The notes under the pieces: model-generated
The model's input: only the letters and a program-made list of their open reading frames with translations
Databases searched by the model: none
Told to the model about the DNA's origin: nothing
Made by a program: the position numbers and the translations under genes
Source: Pseudodesulfovibrio mercurii
GTDB lineage: Bacteria; Desulfobacterota; Desulfovibrionia; Desulfovibrionales; Desulfovibrionaceae
Direction: 5' to 3'
NCBI RefSeq assembly: GCF_000189295.2
Contig: NC_016803.1
Location: forward strand, 2,220,001 to 2,252,000
Length of the DNA stretch: 32,000 nt
Shown here: one piece after another, positions 25,465-32,000 of the stretch
Numbering within the stretch: the stretch's first letter is position 1
How the letters are laid out: each line of letters opens with the position of its first letter

Positions 25465-25947
25465 ATGTCCCTGCCCGACAACCCCAAGCTCATGTCCATC
25501 CGCACCTTCCTCAAACGGAAGGCGGACTTCGAACCCGGACACCGGCTCGTCTTCACCAACGGCTGCTTCGACGTGCTCCACCCCGGACACGTGGACCTGC
25601 TGCAACGCGCCCGCGCCCTGGGCGACGCGCTCATCCTCGGCCTCAACTCCGACGAGTCCGTCAGGATGCTCGGCAAAGGCGCGGACCGGCCCCTCAACAC
25701 CGCCGAGGAACGCGCCTTCGTCCTCGCCGGGCTCGCCTGCGTGGACTACATCGTCATCTTCCACGAATCCACCCCCCTCGAACTCATCAAGGCCTGCCGC
25801 CCCCAAATCCTCGTCAAGGGCGGCGACTGGCCCGTGGACCAGATCGTCGGCAACGACGTCGTCACCAAGGCCGGCGGCCGGGTCCTCAGCCTGCCGTTGC
25901 TGGAAGGCTACTCCACGACGGGCTTTCTGGAGAAGGTGCGGGGGTAA
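25465..25947 (+). CDS. D-glycero-beta-D-manno-heptose-1-phosphate adenylyltransferase (RfaE/HldE domain II only)
   Basis: 160 aa, starting 2 nt after the ykgJ-like stop. [39 protein letters not shown]...[23 protein letters not shown] is the cytidylyltransferase-fold HxGH signature of RfaE domain II. Confidence 0.85.
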   Translation: MSLPDNPKLMSIRTFLKRKADFEPGHRLVFTNGCFDVLHPGHVDLLQRARALGDALILGLNSDESVRMLGKGADRPLNTAEERAFVLAGLACVDYIVIFHESTPLELIKACRPQILVKGGDWPVDQIVGNDVVTKAGGRVLSLPLLEGYSTTGFLEKVRG

Positions 25948-26123
25948 GGATGCCCCCGGCGGGCCCGCTCAAGACCGAGGGCCTCAGGAACAGTTGCCTG
26001 ACCATCCGATGTTCCCTTGTGTCCTCGGTTCGCATCCCACGAGGTGAGGTGATCCGGTTCGTTCCGGAACGGGTCTGTCCGAATTCGTTTGTCGGCGACC
26101 AACGCACGGGGGGAGCCAACGAA

Positions 26124-26849
26124 TCAAAGGCTGGACAAAGCCATATGCAGGCCTGAACCCAAGACCAGAACCAGGATTCCTCTTTGATACGCTTTTTGTG
26201 AGACAAAGCGCGAAAGGAAAAGTCCCAACATCCCTCCGAGGAGCGCTCCGGGACATCCCACCAGATATCCGGTGACCGTCTGGGCGTTATGGATCCCGGC
26301 CAGGAGCTGACCCGCCAGGATGGTCGCCCCGGTCATGACGAAGCACGCCCCGAACACGGCCTTGGCGTCCTCCGGGGCCCAGCCCGACCGGGCGACGTAC
26401 ATGGCCAGCGGTGGCCCGTTGAAGCCGAACAGCGCGCCCAGGAGCGTGGAGGCGAATCCGGCCCCGACGCCCCACCCCGGACCGAGCCGTCGGGGGACGC
26501 CGCCCCTGGCCGCGAGGCAACAGGCCGCATAGCCGATCATGAAGAGCCCCATGCCGAGCTTGAGCCCTTCGTTGCCCGCCGCCCGGTGCAGCAACACCCC
26601 GGCCGCGGCTCCCGCCACGCCGCCGACGAACAGGTGGCCGAGCCGCCCCCATTTGATGTGCCGCCGATAGGCCCACCCCACCTGGAGGTTCAGGGTCAGC
26701 ACGATGAGCGTGGAGGCCGGGACGGCCGTTTCGAGAGGTACCGAATTTGCAATGAACGGCATCGCCACCATGGCCGCGCCAAAGCCGGTGATGTTGTTCA
26801 CCAGCCCTGCGAAAAACCATGCGAAAAAGAATAACAGGGAATCATGCAT
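26124..26849 (-). CDS. TauE/SafE-family (DUF81) anion permease
   Basis: 241 aa from the ATG at 26849. It has about 7-8 TM helices, with FFAGLVNNITGFGAAMVAMPF and GFASTLLGALFGFNGPPLAMY as the two repeated G-rich motifs of the family. An alternative in-frame ATG at 26894 would add 15 aa. Confidence 0.8.
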   Translation of the reverse strand: MHDSLLFFFAWFFAGLVNNITGFGAAMVAMPFIANSVPLETAVPASTLIVLTLNLQVGWAYRRHIKWGRLGHLFVGGVAGAAAGVLLHRAAGNEGLKLGMGLFMIGYAACCLAARGGVPRRLGPGWGVGAGFASTLLGALFGFNGPPLAMYVARSGWAPEDAKAVFGACFVMTGATILAGQLLAGIHNAQTVTGYLVGCPGALLGGMLGLFLSRFVSQKAYQRGILVLVLGSGLHMALSSL

Positions 26850-26862
26850 GGAGCGCTGCCAA

Positions 26863-26877
26863 GCAATATCTCTGCCA
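26863..26877 (-). promoter_or_regulatory. sigma-54 (-24/-12) promoter candidate TGGCAG-AGATA-TTGC
   Basis: The minus strand reads TTGGCAGAGATATTGCTT, which matches TGGCAC-N5-TTGC in 9 of 10 fixed positions with exact spacing. It lies in the intergenic region next to a sigma-54 activator gene, and the predicted +1 falls about 2 nt before the TauE ATG. Confidence 0.55.
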
Positions 26878-26940
26878 AACGGTTCCGGCGGCATCCGTCC
26901 GCTTGCCCGCCGGAATCGTTTGTGAGAGGGTGAGCCCGGC

Positions 26941-26958
26941 TGTTGCGGGCGTGCAACA
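26941..26958. promoter_or_regulatory. palindrome TGTTGC-N6-GCAACA, candidate enhancer (UAS) for the adjacent sigma-54 activator
   Basis: Perfect 6-bp arms read directly, centred about 100 bp upstream of the predicted +1 of the -24/-12 element. It has the TGT-N12-ACA form, similar in style to NifA-type TGT-N10-ACA sites. Confidence 0.35.
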
Positions 26959-27004
26959 TCGCCCCGCCGATCCATCCGGCATCTCTTAAACGAATGGTTT
27001 CAAC

Positions 27005-28402
27005 ATGATCAAAAAACACGATGTGCAAACAGTCGGAAAGTATTGGTCCCAAATCATCGAGACGTTGGGCGAGGCCGTTTCCATCAGCGACCCGGACGGC
27101 ATCATTCTCTACTCCAACAGGCGGCACGAGGAACTGACCGGCATCCCCGGCGACGAGCTCATGGGCAAGTCCGTGCACGAACTCGTGCGGCGAGGGTTGT
27201 TCGACGTCGTCCTCAACCCCGGCATTCTCCGCAGCAAGCAGCCCGAGACCCAGGTCCAGGAGCTGGCCAGCGGTCACAAGCTCGTCCTGGACGGACATCC
27301 GGTGTTCGATGAGAAGGGCAACGTGGCGCTGGTCATCACCTATCTCCGCGACGTCACCAAGCTTTCGGAAATGCGCGAGCAGCTGATGTCGCAGCAGGAG
27401 CTGCTCAAGGCCTACCAGAAGATGCAAAGCCTGGACATGACGATGGACGACATGCCGACCATGGTCCAGAGCAAGGCCATGAAGCAGCTCTTCGGCCAGT
27501 TGAGCATCATTGCGGAAACCGACGCGACGGTGCTGCTCCTGGGAGAGACCGGCGTGGGCAAGGACGTCTTCGCGCGCCGGCTGCACCGGCTCAGCGACCG
27601 CTCCGACAAGGCGTTCATCAAGGCCGACTGCGGCAGCATGCCCAAGAACCTCATCGAGACCGAGCTGTTCGGGTATGCGCCCGGCACCTTCTCCGGCGGC
27701 AACAAGGGCGGAAAGATCGGGCTCATCGAGGCGGCCTCGGGCGGAACCCTGTTCCTGGACGAGATCGGCGAGCTGCCCCTGCTCATGCAGACCAAGCTGC
27801 TGCGGCTGTTGCAGGACCGGGAGATCGTCCGCGTGGGGGCGACGACGCCGCTGAAGGTCAACGTGCGCATCGTGGCCGCCACCAACAAGAATCTGAAAAA
27901 GGAGGTCGAGGCGGGCCGCTTCCGCAGCGACCTCTACTATCGCCTCAAGGTGGCGGTGATCGAAATTCCGCCCTTGCGGAAACGCAAGGCGGACATCCTG
28001 TCCCTGGCCCGGCTCTTCCTGAAGTTCTTCTCACAGAAATACCGGCGCGACGTGACCTTTTCCCAGGAGGCCGAAAACGCCCTGCTCAATCACAACTGGC
28101 CCGGCAACGTCCGCGAGCTGGAGAACCTGGTCCTCGGCTGCGTGGTCACGTCCAAGAAGAACGTCATCGAGCTGTCCGACCTGCCCTTCGCCACCACGGC
28201 CGAGGTCCGCCTCTCCGCCGGGGAGGGGACGAACGGCATGGAGGTCACCGGAAAATCCATGAAGGAGATCCTCGACGGGGTCGAGAAGTCCATCATCCTG
28301 CGCGGCATGGAGCGCGTCGGCAACATCGCCAAGCTGGCCAAGGAACTGCAGCTCGACCGGACGACGGTCTTCCGCAAGCTCAAGAAATACGAGGCCGAGT
28401 GA
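27005..28402 (+). CDS. sigma-54-dependent transcriptional activator (PAS sensor + AAA+ + Fis-type HTH)
   Basis: 465 aa. N-terminal PAS (LGEAVSISDPDGIILYSNRRHEELTGIPGDELMGKSVHELV). Walker A GETGVGKD, GAFTGA-type loop ELFGYAPGTFSGG, Walker B GGTLFLDEIGELP, and RFRSDLYYRL. C-terminal HTH GNIAKLAKELQLDRTTVFRKLKKY. Confidence 0.93.
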   Translation: MIKKHDVQTVGKYWSQIIETLGEAVSISDPDGIILYSNRRHEELTGIPGDELMGKSVHELVRRGLFDVVLNPGILRSKQPETQVQELASGHKLVLDGHPVFDEKGNVALVITYLRDVTKLSEMREQLMSQQELLKAYQKMQSLDMTMDDMPTMVQSKAMKQLFGQLSIIAETDATVLLLGETGVGKDVFARRLHRLSDRSDKAFIKADCGSMPKNLIETELFGYAPGTFSGGNKGGKIGLIEAASGGTLFLDEIGELPLLMQTKLLRLLQDREIVRVGATTPLKVNVRIVAATNKNLKKEVEAGRFRSDLYYRLKVAVIEIPPLRKRKADILSLARLFLKFFSQKYRRDVTFSQEAENALLNHNWPGNVRELENLVLGCVVTSKKNVIELSDLPFATTAEVRLSAGEGTNGMEVTGKSMKEILDGVEKSIILRGMERVGNIAKLAKELQLDRTTVFRKLKKYEAE

Positions 28403-28425
28403 CCCGTCCGCCGCCCCGAAATGCC

Positions 28426-28469
28426 GATGCGCCCCCGATCATGTCCAGACCGGGGGCGCATCTTCTTTA
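28426..28469. terminator. terminator hairpin between convergent genes (12-bp stem GATGCGCCCCCG / CGGGGGCGCATC)
   Basis: Arms at 28426-28437 and 28451-28462. TTCTTT follows on the plus strand and AAAGAA precedes on the minus-strand reading. A second 7-bp GC hairpin lies at about 28481-28498. Confidence 0.65.
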
Positions 28470-28506
28470 GGGGGAGGCTTGCCCCCGCCGTCGCGGGGGC
28501 CGGTTG

Positions 28507-29427
28507 TCATGCGTTCCTGAATCTTTCGTTGGCGGCCTTCTCGATGGGCCGCAGCCTGTCCATCACGCCTTCGCCCAGGGCCTTGTCCAGGTACGGGAAC
28601 TCCATGCCCAGGTAGGCGTACTTGGGCTGGCCCATGCGGTGGTAGGGCAGCAGCTCGTAGGTGATGTTGGGCCGCACCGGGATGAAATCGACGATGCTCC
28701 GGATATCCTCCTCCGTGTCGTTGAACTCGGGGATGACCGGGGTGCGGATCAGGATGGGCAGGTTCGGAAACTCGTCCACCACGCACCGGATGTTCTCCAG
28801 GATGCGCTGGTTGCTGATGCCCGTGCCCTTCTTGTGCTTTTCGTCGTCAAAGGCCTTGATGTCCATGATCAGCTCGTCCAGGTAGTGGCAGGCCGCCTTG
28901 AGGTCGTCGTAGCGGGCGTAGGCGCAGCTCTCCATGGCCGTCTTGATGCGGCGGCGCTTGGCCTCCTTGAGCAGGGCCAGGGCGAACTCTGGCTGGGACA
29001 TGGCCTCGCCGCCGCTCAGGGTCATGCCGCCGCCGGACCGGGCATAGAAGGCGGCTTCCTTCTCCACCTCGTCGACGACAGCCGACACGGTCATGGGCTT
29101 GCCGTAGACGTTCAGGGCGTTGGCCGCGCAGTGCTTCGCGCAGGTGTGGCACTGCACGCACTTGGCCGGGTCCATGACGATGAGGTGATCCTCGGAGGGG
29201 GAGATGGCCCCCTGGGGACAGTTGTCGATGCAGCGGGTGCACTTCTCGGTGGTCAGGCACTTCATGGGGTTGAAGGCCAGTTGCGGCTTCAGAAGCTGCG
29301 ATTCGGGGTTGCTGCACCAGGCGCAGCGGAGCGGACACCCTTTGAGGAAGACGATGGTACGAATGCCGGAGCCGTCGTGGACGGAGAAATTCTGGATGTT
29401 GAAAACGATGCCTTCATTGGCGCTCAT
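28507..29427 (-). CDS. glycyl-radical enzyme activating enzyme (radical SAM, with ferredoxin-like insert)
   Basis: 306 aa. GAGGA lies 5 nt upstream of the ATG. It has C31-X3-C35-X2-C38 (GCPLRCAWCSNPE) plus two further Cys clusters (CTRCIDNCP, CVQCHTCAKHC), and GGGMTLSGGEA. It sits immediately downstream of the GRE gene. Confidence 0.93.
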   Translation of the reverse strand: MSANEGIVFNIQNFSVHDGSGIRTIVFLKGCPLRCAWCSNPESQLLKPQLAFNPMKCLTTEKCTRCIDNCPQGAISPSEDHLIVMDPAKCVQCHTCAKHCAANALNVYGKPMTVSAVVDEVEKEAAFYARSGGGMTLSGGEAMSQPEFALALLKEAKRRRIKTAMESCAYARYDDLKAACHYLDELIMDIKAFDDEKHKKGTGISNQRILENIRCVVDEFPNLPILIRTPVIPEFNDTEEDIRSIVDFIPVRPNITYELLPYHRMGQPKYAYLGMEFPYLDKALGEGVMDRLRPIEKAANERFRNA

Positions 29428-29478
29428 GGCGGAATCCTCTGGGGAAAGTCGTCGGTTGAAAACGGTCGGCTTCAGGGC

Positions 29479-29506
29479 GCGGGGGGCGGACGCGTCCGCC
29501 CCCCGC
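29479..29506 (-). other. 28-nt perfect GC palindrome (GCGGGGGGCGGACG|CGTCCGCCCCCCGC) between the GRE and activase genes
   Basis: Read directly. It lies 13 nt after the GRE stop and about 50 nt before the activase ATG. Confidence 0.8.
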
Positions 29507-29519
29507 CTGGTCTCACCAG

Positions 29520-31991
29520 CTACATCTGCTGGTGTTCGGTGCGGTTGATGATGTCGTTCTGCAGATCACGGGACAGGTCGCAGAAGTAGGCGGAGTATCC
29601 GGCGATGCGAACGAGCAGGCTGCGGTACTTGTCCGGGTCCTTCTGGGCGGCGATCAGGGTCTGCTTGTTGATGATGTTGAACTGGATGTGCCAGAGGTGC
29701 AGGTCGCACCAGGTGCGGATCATGTCGACGAGCTTCTGGGTGCCGGCCTCGCCCTCGACGACCTTCGGCGAGAGCTTGACGTTCAGCAGGCGGGAAGCGC
29801 GGTTCTTCATGCCGCGGTTCTTGGAGTGGTAGTTGGACATCAGGACGGCGGTCGGGCCCATGTGGTCCGCGCCGTGGGAGGCGGAGGAGCCGTCGGAAAG
29901 GGCGGTCCAGGCCTCACGGCCGTTGGGCAGGGCGGAAACGACCTTGCCGAAGGGCACGTGCGAGGTGATGGGCACGTAGCGGACGTCCAGGTTCACGCCG
30001 CGTTCCTCGGAGTACTTCTGGGCATAGCGCTGGCAGACCGCGTCGATCTCCTTGGCGATGGCGTCGGCGTACCTGTCGTTGTTGCCGTAGCTCGGGGCGG
30101 AGCGCAGGATCGCGCGGACGTCCTCGTAGCCTTCGAAGTTGGCGGTGATGGCCTTGAGCACTTCGTCCATGGTCAGCTTCTTGTCCTCGAAGACCACCTT
30201 CTTGATGGCGGCCAGGGAGTCGACAACGGTGCCGTAGCCCAGGAACTCGAAGTAGGAGTATTCCAGGCCGCCCGGGATGAACTGGTTCTGGAGGTCCAGG
30301 CCTTCCTTCATGCACAGGTCGTGCAGGACGGAAGCCAGCGGGGTGGCGAAGTGCTGCGGGCGCAGGGAATCGACGATGTACTGCTGGCGGAAGGCCTTCA
30401 CGAGCAGGTTGTTGTGCTGCTTGAGGTAGGCGTCGTAGAACTCCTCCCAGGTCTTCATCCTGGTCACGTCACCGGTCTCGAGGCCGATCACCTGGTCGCC
30501 GTACTTGAGCATGCGGCCGTTGTGCATGGTCATCTCGATGGCGGTGGCGAAGTTGATGTAGACGCAGCCGGAGGTGTAGGTCTCGCAGTTGGGCATGCGG
30601 GCTTCGGTGCAGCCGGACACGGAGTAGTCCATGGCCTGGTCGTAGGGAGCGCCCTTGGCGGTGTACAGCGGGATGATCTCCTCATCGTTGATCAGCTTCG
30701 GGAAGCCGGAGCCGTCCTTGATGGTCTCGGCGATCTCGGCCAGGAACCGCTCCGGGGAGCAGGAGTGGATGCGGGCGGCCAGGTCGGGGTAGTTCAGCGG
30801 GAACTCGCGCTTGGACTCCAGGAAGAGGTAGGACAGCTCGTTGGTGGCGTCCTCGCCCTGCGGGGTCTGGCCGCCGATGGTGACGGCCTCCCAGTGGGCG
30901 TAGCCTTCGTTGAACTCGTTGCCGGTCGGGTTGATGTACAGGTCGATGAACTGCGCCATCTCGACCCACATCATCTCGAGAAGCTCCTTGGCCTGGCCGG
31001 GGGTCAGGATGCCCGCCTTGATGTCCTGGTCGTAGAACGGGAACAGGTACTGATCCATGCGGCCGTTGGAGATGATGGCGGAAGCCTTCTGCTCGATGCG
31101 GGAGAACATCTGGACGAACCACTGGGACTGTATGGCGTCGCGGAAGTCCTTGGCGGGCTCGGCGGGCATGCGCTCGCAGCGGTCGGCCATGGCCAGCAGC
31201 TCGGCCTTGCGGACCTTGTCGGTCTCCTTGGCGGCCAGGTCGCGGGCCAGGGCGGCATGGCGGCGGGCCCACAGCACGATGGCGTCGCAGATGATGACCA
31301 TGGCCTCGTAGAAGGGCCGCTTCTCCCACATCTGGACCGGGCTCTGGTCGTCGAGTTCGGCCATGCGCTCCTGGGCCTCGCGCTTGATGTCGTTGAAGCC
31401 GCGCTTGAGGACCTTGTCGTAGTCGTGGACCCACTGCAGGGCGGAGCGGTAGGAGGAGGTCTCGGAGACGACGAACTTGGACTTCAGGCCCATGTCGTCA
31501 TCGTAGGTCACGCCGCGCAGGTCGTCGGGCATGGCCCCGTTCAGGTGCTCGTGGTAGGTTTTGCCCTTCCAGTAGGGGGCGATCTCGTTGACCACGATGT
31601 CCACCTCTTCCTTGGTGATCTTGAACGGGCTCTTCTCGCGCTTGTCCAGGTCGCCGAGGATGGAATAGAAATCGCCGTCGATCTCCGGGTACAGGATGCC
31701 GTAGCGGCCGAGCTTGCCGGAGCGGCCCGCGATCAGGGAGCCGGGGGTGATGTACACGGTCATCTTCTCGGCGCAATTCTTCAGCGCCTTGGCCCAGCGG
31801 AGCACCATGGGCTGGCCCTCGGTGGCCCTCATGGACTCGGTGAAATACCGGGCGCGCTCGATGTCGATGAACGGCGTGGTCATGTGGAAGGAATCCAAAA
31901 TCTTGTAGATGCGCTCACGTCCGGCACGGGTGTCGACGCTGTTGGCAATGCGTGCTTCCTGCGGGGAAAGACAGCAATCATAATTGGTCAT
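29520..31991 (-). CDS. glycyl-radical enzyme (PFL-fold 1,2-eliminase class); probable isethionate sulfite-lyase (IslA/IseG-like)
   Basis: 823 aa. C-terminal glycyl radical motif [11 protein letters not shown] (G798) and Cys loop VSGCTEA (C461, E463). The N-terminal RERI..L......[19 protein letters not shown] is typical of GRE eliminases. R182, Q186 and R671 sit at the positions I recall for the IslA sulfonate pocket, shifted by 7. The family call is firm; the substrate call is inference. Confidence 0.9.
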   Translation of the reverse strand: MTNYDCCLSPQEARIANSVDTRAGRERIYKILDSFHMTTPFIDIERARYFTESMRATEGQPMVLRWAKALKNCAEKMTVYITPGSLIAGRSGKLGRYGILYPEIDGDFYSILGDLDKREKSPFKITKEEVDIVVNEIAPYWKGKTYHEHLNGAMPDDLRGVTYDDDMGLKSKFVVSETSSYRSALQWVHDYDKVLKRGFNDIKREAQERMAELDDQSPVQMWEKRPFYEAMVIICDAIVLWARRHAALARDLAAKETDKVRKAELLAMADRCERMPAEPAKDFRDAIQSQWFVQMFSRIEQKASAIISNGRMDQYLFPFYDQDIKAGILTPGQAKELLEMMWVEMAQFIDLYINPTGNEFNEGYAHWEAVTIGGQTPQGEDATNELSYLFLESKREFPLNYPDLAARIHSCSPERFLAEIAETIKDGSGFPKLINDEEIIPLYTAKGAPYDQAMDYSVSGCTEARMPNCETYTSGCVYINFATAIEMTMHNGRMLKYGDQVIGLETGDVTRMKTWEEFYDAYLKQHNNLLVKAFRQQYIVDSLRPQHFATPLASVLHDLCMKEGLDLQNQFIPGGLEYSYFEFLGYGTVVDSLAAIKKVVFEDKKLTMDEVLKAITANFEGYEDVRAILRSAPSYGNNDRYADAIAKEIDAVCQRYAQKYSEERGVNLDVRYVPITSHVPFGKVVSALPNGREAWTALSDGSSASHGADHMGPTAVLMSNYHSKNRGMKNRASRLLNVKLSPKVVEGEAGTQKLVDMIRTWCDLHLWHIQFNIINKQTLIAAQKDPDKYRSLLVRIAGYSAYFCDLSRDLQNDIINRTEHQQM

Positions 31992-32000
31992 TCGTATTCT

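Noticed and set aside
26015-26050. tRNA T-arm-like string (CCTCGGTTCGCATCCCACGAGG)
   Set aside because: The GGTTCG.ATCC resemblance is superficial. The stem would enclose a 12-nt loop, and no acceptor, D or anticodon arms can be drawn in the flanks.

Overview
High-GC chromosomal segment whose gene content and order look like Desulfovibrionaceae (Desulfovibrio/Pseudodesulfovibrio type). This is inferred from protein motifs and synteny read by eye, not from a search. I call 29 protein-coding genes. I see no rRNA, tRNA, CRISPR, transposase, integrase, phage or recognisable defence genes. Left to right: fmt (3' part) and a DUF116 gene; a monocistronic Nif11-like small protein; a 1.55-kb gene-free, repeat-dense spacer with two copies of a ~312-bp MITE-like unit at 389-bp period; hisG-hisI and a PrsW-type protease (minus strand); a DegT-type aminotransferase; a membrane GGDEF cyclase; a 71-aa orphan gene; an orphan OmpR/PhoB-type response regulator; a cobalamin-dependent methionine synthase lacking the reactivation domain, divergent from an RpoH-type sigma factor with an acidic N-terminal extension; TPR lipoprotein, LolB-like lipoprotein, small coiled-coil protein, rpiB, tkt, glpX; a PilZ protein; EamA, SBP, TatD and glycosyltransferase genes (minus strand); a YkgJ-type Cys-cluster protein plus a heptose-1-P adenylyltransferase domain; a TauE/SafE permease divergent from a PAS/sigma-54 activator; and a glycyl-radical enzyme with its activase that reads as an isethionate-type sulfite-lyase. 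Most of the window is ordinary core genome, and I did not find a convincing multi-gene system of unknown function. Three things are most worth follow-up: the sulfonate GRE / TauE / sigma-54 module, which has a near-consensus -24/-12 promoter abutting the TauE start codon; the repeat-dense non-coding spacer; and several predicted operator sites, including a Pho-box-like direct repeat and a 20-bp palindrome upstream of metH. All functional names rest on motif recognition by eye.
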